Positions 8,604 to 16,746 of a DNA stretch of 64,000 nt are shown here, one piece after another (within the stretch, counting starts at the first letter, position 1; each line of letters opens with the position of its first letter). Source of the DNA: Pirellulales bacterium (GTDB lineage Bacteria > Planctomycetota > Planctomycetia > Pirellulales > UBA1268); contig JBIIIP010000001.1 in the NCBI GenBank assembly GCA_044234625.1, positions 52,497 to 116,496 on the forward strand. The letters are read 5' to 3'. A program made the translations under genes and the position numbers. The notes beneath the pieces are model-generated. The model saw only the letters and a program-made list of their open reading frames with translations, was not told where the DNA came from and searched no databases.

Positions 8604-9476
8604 TCAGAAGCGAAGGAACGTTTTGCAGATGATGAAGGCCGCGACGATGACGATCGCCACGGCGAACACGCGGGCGAGCGTCGGGCCGCCGATCCGGCGG
8701 CCGATCCACGAGCCAACGAACAGGGCGGGGACACCGCCTCCAACGAAGTTGCCGGCGATGTCGAGCGGAATGCTGCGACCGGCAGCCACTTGGGCGGCCA
8801 CTGCCGCGGCACCCACGAGCGTCATCACGAAGAGCGACGTGCCGACCGCGCGAAACACGTCCATCGTGGCGAAGGCGACGAGTGCCGGCACGATGAGGAA
8901 CCCGCCCCCGACGCCGAACAGGCCCGAGAGTAGGCCGACCACGAGTCCCACGAGCGTGAGGAGCACGAAGCAGCGCGTGGTCATCCGCAGCCGCCCCTCC
9001 GCGTCGCGACTGCACGTCGGGCCGACGCCCGCGGCAAACACGCCGGCCGCAGCCCGCTCGGTCCGATCCGCCGCCTTGCGCCACATCCTGGCGGCGATCA
9101 GCAGCATGAGGCCAGCGAACGCGGCCATGAGCGTCTGCGGCGGCACCTGCCCGCCGAGCCAGCTGCCGGCCGGAGCGGTCAGCATCCCCGCCGCCGCGAA
9201 GAGCAGCCCCGTGCGGACTTCGACCTGTCCATACCACCACCGCTCGACTGCACCAACGAGCGCCGTCGCCGCCACCGTGACGAGCGAGATGCTCACGGCC
9301 GTCTGCGGGTCGACGCCGATCCAGTAAACGAGCAGCGGCACGGCGAAGATCGCGCCGCCGCCGCCGGTGAGGCCGAGCGACAGGCCGACGATGCCGCCAG
9401 CCGCCACCGACGCCGCCCACGCAGGGGGAGTCGTGGCCGCGACGGCGTCGATGCTCGCCAGTACGGGTGCGATCAT
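8604..9476 (-). CDS. TauE/SafE family sulfite/anion exporter
   Basis: Eight-helix membrane protein with GLTGGGGAIFAVPLL and a repeated GGGFLIVPAL motif. ATGA overlap with the upstream PDO gene (9473-9476). Confidence 0.85.
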   Translation of the reverse strand: MIAPVLASIDAVAATTPPAWAASVAAGGIVGLSLGLTGGGGAIFAVPLLVYWIGVDPQTAVSISLVTVAATALVGAVERWWYGQVEVRTGLLFAAAGMLTAPAGSWLGGQVPPQTLMAAFAGLMLLIAARMWRKAADRTERAAAGVFAAGVGPTCSRDAEGRLRMTTRCFVLLTLVGLVVGLLSGLFGVGGGFLIVPALVAFATMDVFRAVGTSLFVMTLVGAAAVAAQVAAGRSIPLDIAGNFVGGGVPALFVGSWIGRRIGGPTLARVFAVAIVIVAAFIICKTFLRF

Positions 9477-10876
9477 GCGGGGAGCTTTGCCGCGAGCCAG
9501 GCCTTGTAGCCGCCGACGATATCGTGCACGTCATGGCGGCCCAGCTTCTGGAGCAGGCTCGCGGCGATCGCAGAGCGGTAGCCTCCTTCACAGTGCACCG
9601 CCACGGGCCGGCCGGCCGGAATCTCCCCGATCCGTTCGTCGAGATGCGCGAGCGGGATGTTGAGGCTGCCCTCGATATGCCCCCCCGCGTGCTCCGCCTC
9701 GCTCCGGACATCGACCACGGTCGGCGCCGCACCGGCGTCGGGCCGCTTCCCGCCGAGCCATTCGGCGAGGGCCGGCGCGGTGATCCGCTCCGTACGCTCC
9801 ACCAGATCGTCGCGGGTAGCGAGGGCGTTCATGCCGCCGGCGAGGTAGCCCGCCACGTTGTCGAAGCCGATCCGGCCGAGCCGCATCACAGCTTCTTCCT
9901 CGCCGCCTTCTTCCGCGATCACGACGATCGGCTTGTCGTGGGCAAGCATCGATCCGGCCCAGGTCGCATACTTGCCGTTCAAGGCGATGTTGAGGGTTCC
10001 CTTCAGGTGCCCGCCTTCGAAGTCGATGCCGTCGCGGACGTCGAGCAGCTGGCCGCCCGACTTCGCGAGCGAGAGCACCTCGTCGAGCGACAGAGGCTTG
10101 AGCGTTTTCTCCATCGCCGCATCGAGCGACGCCCGCTCCTTGCGGTTCAGGATCGCGTCGTGCACGAAGTAGTCCGGCGCCTCCGGCTGGTCGGCCGTGA
10201 CGATCGTCTTGAACGCCTCGCGGCTCATCGGCTGGAGGGCATAGTTGAACTTCTTCTGCTCGCCGATCGTGGAGACCGTCTCCTTCGACAGGCTCTTCCC
10301 GCACATGCTGCCCGCCCCGTGGGCCGGATAGACGAGCGTGGCGTCGGGCAGCTTCACGAGCTTGTTCGTGATGCTGTCGTAGAGCATGTCGGCGAGCTCG
10401 TCGGCCGTCATGCCGATGCTCGCCAGGAGATCGGGCCGGCCCACATCGCCAATGAAGAGCGTGTCACCGGTGAGCACGGCCAAGGGCTCGGTGCGGCTCT
10501 TCGCCAGGTCGTAGACGAGGATCGAAAGGCCCTCCGGCGTATGGCCCGGCGTCTCCAAGATCTCGAGCTTGACGTCACCGAACTCGACAATGTCGCCGTC
10601 CTTCATCTTCACGCAGGCGAACTCCGCCTCCGCCCGCTGGCCGAGATGGATCGTCGCCCCAGCCTTGTCACGCAACTCGATGTGGCCGGCGATGAAGTCG
10701 GCGTGGAAGTGCGTGAGGAAGACGTGCTTGATCGTGTATCCGCCCGCCTTGGCGTCGTCCAGGTATTGATCGATGTCGCGCTGCGGATCGACGACCACGG
10801 CCGTCTTCGTCTTCTCGTCGGTGATCAGGTACGACGCGTGCGACAGGCACGCGAGGTAATACTGCTGGATCTTCAT
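9473..10876 (-). CDS. Persulfide dioxygenase (MBL fold) fused to two rhodanese domains (CstB-like)
   Basis: MKIQQYYLACLSHASYLI, then HFHADF metal motif and a HAGH-type region. This is followed by a Cys-less rhodanese-like domain and an active one (VHCEGGYRS). Confidence 0.9.
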   Translation of the reverse strand: MKIQQYYLACLSHASYLITDEKTKTAVVVDPQRDIDQYLDDAKAGGYTIKHVFLTHFHADFIAGHIELRDKAGATIHLGQRAEAEFACVKMKDGDIVEFGDVKLEILETPGHTPEGLSILVYDLAKSRTEPLAVLTGDTLFIGDVGRPDLLASIGMTADELADMLYDSITNKLVKLPDATLVYPAHGAGSMCGKSLSKETVSTIGEQKKFNYALQPMSREAFKTIVTADQPEAPDYFVHDAILNRKERASLDAAMEKTLKPLSLDEVLSLAKSGGQLLDVRDGIDFEGGHLKGTLNIALNGKYATWAGSMLAHDKPIVVIAEEGGEEEAVMRLGRIGFDNVAGYLAGGMNALATRDDLVERTERITAPALAEWLGGKRPDAGAAPTVVDVRSEAEHAGGHIEGSLNIPLAHLDERIGEIPAGRPVAVHCEGGYRSAIAASLLQKLGRHDVHDIVGGYKAWLAAKLPA

Positions 10877-10919
10877 GGCGATGTCTCCGGTGATGATGGG
10901 GGAACGGGTAGCAGGCACG

Positions 10920-11879
10920 TCACTTGCCGACGACGGCAGGAAAGCCGGCCTTCACGAGCTGCGGATAGCCGGGCTTGATCGCCCGGACGTCATACCCGAG
11001 TGGCTTGAGCATCGCGGCGGCCTCAGCGCAGCGGCCGCCGGCGAGGCAGTAGCAGTAGATGACCTTGTCCTTCGGCAGGATCTTGGCGAGTTCCTGCGGG
11101 GGCGCGCCGCGCTCAAGCGTGCTCAACGGAAGCAGGCGGGCCCCGGCCAGATGCCCCTGCTGCCACTCGTCGTGCTCGCGCACGTCGATGATCACGGCCT
11201 TCTGCTCGCGCACAGCCTGCTTTACGACGTCGAGCGAGTCCTTCGTGTGCTCGGCGACCGCCGTGCCGGAAGCCGCTCCGAGCGCGAGCCCCAGCAGGAT
11301 GGCGCGGGAGCAGGTCGTGGCCGTACGACACGCCCCACCCGACGCCTGGTTCCACGGCATCCGGGCGATCAGCATCGCCATGCCGCAGGTGTCGGTGATC
11401 CCGGCGAACACGAGGCCGCAGCCCACGAAGCCGGCTAGTCCGGCACCGATCGCCTGCCAGTTCACCGGCGCTTCGGACCCGAAGCCGGCCAGTGTCGCCC
11501 CGATGGCGACGAGCGCGCCGGCGGCGATCCGCACCTGCCGTTCGAGCGACATCACCTTGCGGCCCCGGATGACCGGCACGCCAGCGGCCTCACAGGCTGC
11601 CGTGCCCCCTTCGACGCTGACCACGTCCTTGATGCCCGCGGCAAGCAGCTTTTCGCAGGCCTTCTGACTGCGGGTGCCCGACTTGCAGACGAAGTACACG
11701 GGCCCACTGCCTGCGAGCGACGTCACCGCCTGCGCATCGAGCCGGTCGAGCGGGATGTTGTGGGCGAAATCGACATGTACCTCGCCAAACTCGGCGGGCG
11801 TTCGGACGTCGATGAGGGTCAACTTGTCGCCCTTGCGGCGAAGATCGACGAGCGTCGTCGGGGAAATCGTGGCAACCAT
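10920..11879 (-). CDS. Rhodanese - DUF2892 (YgaP-like membrane domain) - signal-peptide-like segment - second rhodanese, one continuous frame
   Basis: First active-site loop CKSGTRS. DUF2892-like ERQVRIAAGALV...GITDTCGMAMLIARMPW. Then RAILLGLALGAASGTAVA-EH and a second rhodanese with CLAGGR. GAGGA lies upstream of ATG 11879. The longest ORF reaches 12134. Confidence 0.75.
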   Translation of the reverse strand: MVATISPTTLVDLRRKGDKLTLIDVRTPAEFGEVHVDFAHNIPLDRLDAQAVTSLAGSGPVYFVCKSGTRSQKACEKLLAAGIKDVVSVEGGTAACEAAGVPVIRGRKVMSLERQVRIAAGALVAIGATLAGFGSEAPVNWQAIGAGLAGFVGCGLVFAGITDTCGMAMLIARMPWNQASGGACRTATTCSRAILLGLALGAASGTAVAEHTKDSLDVVKQAVREQKAVIIDVREHDEWQQGHLAGARLLPLSTLERGAPPQELAKILPKDKVIYCYCLAGGRCAEAAAMLKPLGYDVRAIKPGYPQLVKAGFPAVVGK

Positions 11880-12018
11880 GAAAGCATCCTCTGGAGTGGG
11901 TTTACGAACCGTCATATGGCCGGACAGTACTGTCGGTGTATCGGGACTACTCGATACGTTGTGTACGCTGCTGAATGGGATGGTAGGAGGAACTTCCTCA
12001 GCCGGAAACCCCGGCTCG

Positions 12019-12351
12019 TTACGACTTTGGGCCGCCGAACCGAACCTCGATGCAGGACATGATGCTGGCCAGGTGGGGCTCGGCGATCGTGTAGTAGACA
12101 CACCGCCCCTCCTTCTCCACGTCGAGAAAGCCACACCGCTGCATCAGCCGCAGGTGCTCGGAGGCCATGTGGCTCGGGATCTCACAGGCCTCGGCCAGTT
12201 CGCCCACCGTGTAGCGGCCGCCGAGCAGCATCTGCACGATGCGGAGCCGGTGGGGATGGGCGAGGGTCTTGAGGCATTCGGCCGCCTGCCCCAGGCTCTC
12301 GAGGCTCGTGAGCTTCGGCAGACGGGCGGGTTTGCGCTTTGTGTCGACCAT
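12019..12351 (-). CDS. ArsR/SmtB family transcriptional regulator (BigR/SqrR-like candidate persulfide sensor)
   Basis: ECLKTLAHPHRLRIVQMLLGGRYTVGELAEACEIPSHMASEHLRLMQRCGFL is a winged-HTH ArsR signature. Cys residues sit near the N-terminal helix (C25) and the C-terminus (C99) of the 110-aa form. It is the first gene of the sulfur operon. Confidence 0.85.
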   Translation of the reverse strand: MVDTKRKPARLPKLTSLESLGQAAECLKTLAHPHRLRIVQMLLGGRYTVGELAEACEIPSHMASEHLRLMQRCGFLDVEKEGRCVYYTIAEPHLASIMSCIEVRFGGPKS

Positions 12352-12420
12352 GAGCACGGCTCTGACGGTGGCGGGGAGAAGCCCGAACTCGCGTCGGAAC
12401 TCCCGACGCCTAAAAATAAT

Positions 12421-12436
12421 ATCGGAATATTCCGAT
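12421..12436. promoter_or_regulatory. Perfect 16-bp palindrome ATCGGAATATTCCGAT, candidate ArsR-family operator
   Basis: Read directly: a self-complementary 16-mer in an AT-rich patch 70 nt upstream of the arsR-like start on the minus strand. Confidence 0.5.
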
Positions 12437-12702
12437 GTGTCAATGAGTTTTTCCGGCGGAGCCAAGTTGTGTTTCTAGGGACAGACCGACGAACGGTCAA
12501 CGCAACTCCACCTTGCGCCGTCGGTTCAAGGCGGCCGCCGCCTTCTCCAAGGTGCCGATCGTCACCGATGAATTGTTCCGGTCAAGCAGCCGATCCAACT
12601 GCGACACCCTGCGGCTTCGTGCGGACTTCCCCACCCTGGCGAGTGAGTCGCTTTATGAGTCGCCTTTTCGCGGAATCCGCGTGTTTCCCGCACGCAACAG
12701 CA

Positions 12703-12729
12703 GTTGTGACGAATCCTGCTTGGGGAGCT
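12703..12729 (+). repeat. Partial copy E of the tRNA-Asn 3' end (most diverged)
   Basis: GTTGTGACGAATCCTGCTTGGGGAGCT matches copy B (979-1005) at 25/27. The flanks 12644-12746 align with 920-1024 (TGAGTCG.TTT.TGAGTCGC ... CT.CTGGCGGGG). Confidence 0.7.
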
Positions 12730-12848
12730 CGGCTTCTTCTGGCGGGGAGCTGCACCGCGTGCAACAGAATCGCTCTCCTACCGAGGCTTGTAGATTGCAA
12801 ACTCTTCGTCGGCTCCCACCTCCAGCAGGAGGAGCCGCTGAAAAACGT

Positions 12849-13527
12849 TCATGGCGGCGGCGTTGTCGTTGGCTGCCTCGACCAAGACGTCACGAATCTC
12901 GGCATCGGTCGAGTCTCGCAACTGCAGCCCATCGATGGCTCCGGCGACCCCGAAAACGTGATCTCGAACCGGCCGTGGCTCTGCTGCTGCGCGACACGCC
13001 CCTGCGTACCGACCAACTCGATCCGGCCATCGACGTGCTCGACAAGGGCGGTGCAGTGCTCCACCCAGTCGCCGCAGTCGTAGTAGTCGATGCCCTCCAC
13101 ACGCCGGATGGCCGGCACGTGGATATGGCAGCAGACCACACCCGCGCAGCCATGCTCGCGGGTGTAGCGGGCCACGAACCGCTCGAAGTCGTTAGTGAGG
13201 TTCACGGCCGACTTCACCTTGCCCTTGAGCATCGCGCTCAGCGACCAGTAGGGGTAGCCGAGCGACCGCCGCAGGGCGTTGGTCCAGGCGTTGGCGTGGA
13301 GGGCGAGCGTGTAGGCGCGGTCACCGAGCCGGTAGACCCAACGGGCATGCCGGGTGACCTGGCCGAACTGGTCGCCGTGGATCACGAGTAGCCGGCGGCC
13401 GTCGAGGGGCACGTGGACGAACCGGGCGGTCGGGCTCGAAGCCGCCGAGAAACTCGAAAAGCTCGGCGGCGCGTGAGAAGCCGCAGCCCAGGTGGACGTC
13501 GGAGATGAACAGCGAGCGAACTCTCAT
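12849..13527 (-). pseudogene. LpxH-like (COG2908-type) UDP-2,3-diacylglucosamine diphosphatase / metallophosphoesterase with internal deletion and frame change
   Basis: N-terminal MRVRSLFISDVHLGCGF..ELFEFL (from 13527) is in one frame. DGRRLLVIHGDQF ... YWSLS..LKGKVKSAV ... VVCCHIHVP ... GDWVEHCTALVE is in another, joined near 13420-13445. The segment that normally carries the GD..D and GNHD motifs is absent. Confidence 0.65.
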
Positions 13528-13749
13528 CGACCAGGCCTCCGTGCGGAACGTCGGCGGCAGAAAGATGACGTTATGGGCTCCATCGCGACGCCGGAGCGCC
13601 GGATCCGATGAGTTTTTTGTGAGCGGGGGGCGCTCAGGCAGTCGCCGCTGGATCACCGGCAGCACGTCGCCCGCCCTGCGGGCGATCCCCCTCCGCGGAT
13701 CGTGCCCGCGGGGTGCGGCAACGCAGGTCTTCGCACGCACCCCGCAAGT

Positions 13750-14859
13750 ATGCTTGAGAGCATGGCCATCGCCGCCCTGTCTCGCCGCCGCCTTTTCGCC
13801 ACGGGTGTCCTTGCCGGAGCCGCGCCGGTTTTCCGACCGCTGTTCGCGGCCGACGCGCCAGCCCGCCGCGGGATAAGGCTCGGTTTCGACAACTTCGCCA
13901 TCCGGGCCCTCGGCTGGAACGCACGGCAACTCGTCGACCATGCCGTGACGCTCGCCTGCGACTCGGTCTTCATCACCGACTTCTCGGCTTTCGAGGGACG
14001 CCTCGACGACGCGTCGCTCACGGAGATCCGCCACCATGCCGCCGACCATGGCGTTGATATCGTGCTCGGCTCGTGGAGCGTCTGCCCCACGTCGACCACG
14101 TTCAAGCGCGACCACGGGACGGCGGAGGAGCATCTGGCGCTCGGCATCCGGATGGCCCGGACCCTCGGCTCGAGGGCCTTCCGCGTGATCCTCGGCAATG
14201 CGGCCGACCGGAAGACGCCAGGCGGCATCGACGCGCGGATCGCCGACATGGTGAAGGTGTTGCGGGCGGTGCGCTCGCGGGCCGCCGACGCAGGGGTGCG
14301 GATCGCGGTGGAAAACCATGCCGGCGACATGCAGTCGCGGGAGCTTCTCAAACTCGTCGAGGATGCGGGACCCGGGATCGTCGGCGTAAACTTCGACTCA
14401 GGCAACGCCTGCTGGGCCATCGAAGACCCGCTCGACGCCCTGCGGCGGCTCGCGCCGCACGTCGTCACCACGAGCCTCCGCGACTCGATGCTTTGGGAGA
14501 CGGACGGCGGCGTAGCCGTGCAGTGGACGGCGATGGGAGAGGGCTGCACCGACCTGCCGGCTTTCTTCACCCATTTTGCCGCCCACTGCCCGGACGTGAC
14601 GGTGCACATCGAGACAATCTCCGGGTTCTCGAGGACCTTCCCGATCGGCGATCGCGAATTCTGGCGCGACTATCCGGAGGCGCGGGCCGCCGACCTGGCG
14701 GCATTTCTGACGCTGGCGAAGCGGGGCCGGCCGCTGGAGCCGTTTCGGCCCGATCCGACCCGGCCGCGCGCGGAGAGCGAACGCATGTATCAACTGGGAG
14801 AGCTTGCCCGGAGCATCGACTTCTGCCGCACGAGGCTCGGCCTTGGACTCCGCGGGTGA
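13750..14859 (+). CDS. Sugar phosphate isomerase/epimerase (xylose isomerase-like TIM barrel) with Tat-type signal
   Basis: SRRRLFATGVLAGAA twin-arginine leader. IAVENHAGD and VGVNFDSGN are motifs typical of AP-endonuclease-2/xylose-isomerase-like barrels. Confidence 0.8.
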   Translation: MLESMAIAALSRRRLFATGVLAGAAPVFRPLFAADAPARRGIRLGFDNFAIRALGWNARQLVDHAVTLACDSVFITDFSAFEGRLDDASLTEIRHHAADHGVDIVLGSWSVCPTSTTFKRDHGTAEEHLALGIRMARTLGSRAFRVILGNAADRKTPGGIDARIADMVKVLRAVRSRAADAGVRIAVENHAGDMQSRELLKLVEDAGPGIVGVNFDSGNACWAIEDPLDALRRLAPHVVTTSLRDSMLWETDGGVAVQWTAMGEGCTDLPAFFTHFAAHCPDVTVHIETISGFSRTFPIGDREFWRDYPEARAADLAAFLTLAKRGRPLEPFRPDPTRPRAESERMYQLGELARSIDFCRTRLGLGLRG

Positions 14860-15015
14860 GCGAGCGTCGGTCGGCTCCTCTCCACCTGAAACGCGGCGGG
14901 CTGGTTCCGGAGGGGATCCGGTCGGCTACCATGACCGCTCCAGAAGCGAGCAGAACCACGACGGCAGCACACCGTTCGTCGCGCCCGCGCCTTTCGGTCT
15001 CCGAAACTCGATCCC

Positions 15016-16263
15016 ATGACCACGACCGATTGGACGCTGCTTTCGCTCCACCTGGCGACGATGCTTTTCGTCGCGGTTGTCATGGGGCAGGCGGCGCGGT
15101 GGATCGGCATCCCGGCGGTCGTCGGCGAGATCGCGGGGGGGCTCGTGCTCGGGCCGACGATCCTCGGTCGCCTGGCCCCCGACATCCACGCCTGGCTCTT
15201 CCCACCGACGGGCCCGATCACGTCCGCCCGCACGGCGATCGCCCGCGTGGGCATGCTGTTCTTCATCGTGACGATCGGCCTGGGCGTCAGCATGTCAGAA
15301 TTCCGCCGGATCGGCCGCCGGGCGCTCTCCATGGGAATGATTGGCACGCTCGTGCCCCTCGTGCTGGGGTTCGTGATGTGCTACGTCTTTCCAGACGTGA
15401 TCGGCGTGACGCGGAAGGATCTCTTCGCGACGGCTCTGTTCATGGGGTCGATCCTCTCGCTGTCGGCCAATCCGGTGATCGCCCGCATCCTCATGGACAT
15501 GGGACTCTTCCGGAGCGAGATCGGCCGGACGATCATGTCGGCGACATTGGTCGATGATCTGGTGGGCTGGGGGCTGTTCGCGGTGATCCTGGCGGAGTTC
15601 GCGCCGCAGGCCACCGCCCAGGGAGAGGGCGCGGCGATCCTCGGCCTCGTCGTCCTCTTCGTGGGCGGCATCCTCCTTGCCGGCAGGTTTCTCCTGCCGC
15701 CGCTCATGGCGTGGCTGCACCGCACCTTGCCACAGCCCTCATCGCTCATCTCGTGCATCGCGCTCGTGACGCTTCTCGGAGCCGCCGGCTCGGAGCACCT
15801 CGGCCTCCATTCTTTTCTCGGGGCGTTCGTCGTCGGCATCGCCCTGGCCGACGTCTACCGCGACCTTCCCCGGCCATTCGAAGTGCTCGGTGAATTCTCC
15901 TATGCGGTCTTCACGCCGGTGTTCTTCGTCTCGATGGCGATCGGGTCCGACTTCATCGAGGGTTTCGACCCATGGCTCGTGGTCCTCGTCACGACGGTCG
16001 CATTCGTGGGGAAGATCTGCGGGGTCTTCATCGGGGGGCGGCTCGCTGGGATGGACAGCCGGCAGTCGCTCGCCGTGGGGTGCGGCCTGAACGCCCGGGG
16101 AATCCTCGGCATCGTCATGGCCGCGGCGGCCCATGACGCCCAGTTGATCGATCTCCGCCTCTTCGTGGCCTGTGTGCTCATGTGCGTCATCACGACGATG
16201 GCTGCCGGACCGGCGCTGAGCCTGATCCTCGGGAAGCGCGAGCAACCGGCGGTCGAGGCGTAA
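15016..16263 (+). CDS. Cation:proton antiporter (CPA2 / Na+/H+ exchanger family)
   Basis: N-terminus GQAARWIGIPAVVGEIAGGLVLGPTILG and about 12 helices are characteristic of the Kef/NapA-type family. Confidence 0.85.
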   Translation: MTTTDWTLLSLHLATMLFVAVVMGQAARWIGIPAVVGEIAGGLVLGPTILGRLAPDIHAWLFPPTGPITSARTAIARVGMLFFIVTIGLGVSMSEFRRIGRRALSMGMIGTLVPLVLGFVMCYVFPDVIGVTRKDLFATALFMGSILSLSANPVIARILMDMGLFRSEIGRTIMSATLVDDLVGWGLFAVILAEFAPQATAQGEGAAILGLVVLFVGGILLAGRFLLPPLMAWLHRTLPQPSSLISCIALVTLLGAAGSEHLGLHSFLGAFVVGIALADVYRDLPRPFEVLGEFSYAVFTPVFFVSMAIGSDFIEGFDPWLVVLVTTVAFVGKICGVFIGGRLAGMDSRQSLAVGCGLNARGILGIVMAAAAHDAQLIDLRLFVACVLMCVITTMAAGPALSLILGKREQPAVEA

Positions 16264-16324
16264 GGCGGCGCGACGCCATCCCCGTCGCGGCCCGCGACCA
16301 CGGCCGGTGCGGTACACTCCTGCC

Positions 16325-16717
16325 ATGATGAAACTCTGGGTGTTTGCCGGCGCGGTGCTCGGCGGGTTGGCGGTCGCGGCCGGCTCGTTCGGCGCCCATG
16401 GCCTCAAGGACCTCCTCGCGGCGAACGGGCAGGCGGCCAACTGGGAGACGGGCGTCCGCTACGCGATCTTCCACGCGATCGCGCTCGTCGCTGTCGGCCT
16501 CTTCGCCGGCCAGCCGCAGACGGATGCATCGCGGCCGTGGCTTCTGGCCGCGGGCATCTGCTTCCTTCTCGGCACGCTCATCTTCAGCGGCTTCCTCGGG
16601 GCGCTCGCTCTTTCGGGAATGCGGATCCTCGGAGCGATCGTGCCGATCGGCGGCGTGCTCCTGCTGGCCGGCTGGGCCGCGCTGGCCGTCGCCGCGCTCC
16701 GCGTCGGAGCCCGCTGA
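16325..16717 (+). CDS. DUF423 (YgdD/TMEM256-like) small membrane protein
   Basis: GAVLGGLAVAAGSFGAHGL ... RYAIFHA is the DUF423 signature. Four helices. Confidence 0.8.
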   Translation: MMKLWVFAGAVLGGLAVAAGSFGAHGLKDLLAANGQAANWETGVRYAIFHAIALVAVGLFAGQPQTDASRPWLLAAGICFLLGTLIFSGFLGALALSGMRILGAIVPIGGVLLLAGWAALAVAALRVGAR

Positions 16718-16746
16718 CGGCCGGGCGCTCTCCCTGACCGGCCGGC

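Noticed and set aside
8107-9732. 541-aa ORF that could be read as one large protein spanning the DsrE-like and TauE regions.
   Set aside because: Only the last 155 codons (from MCPLHRRLPF, 8574) look like a real protein. The upstream portion overlaps the TauE/SafE gene in another frame and is Arg/Gly-rich filler.
12812-12837. Hairpin GGCTCC...GGAGCC downstream of the LpxH-like pseudogene, considered as a terminator.
   Set aside because: The stem is short, alternative pairings exist, and no convincing U-tract follows on the minus strand.
230-13600. Search for an integrase, excisionase, transposase or phage genes that would explain the att-like repeats.
   Set aside because: None of the ORF translations in this interval, or anywhere else in the window, shows tyrosine/serine recombinase or DDE transposase motifs. 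The mobile-element interpretation therefore rests on the repeats alone and is reported as a hypothesis, not as an annotated mobile element.
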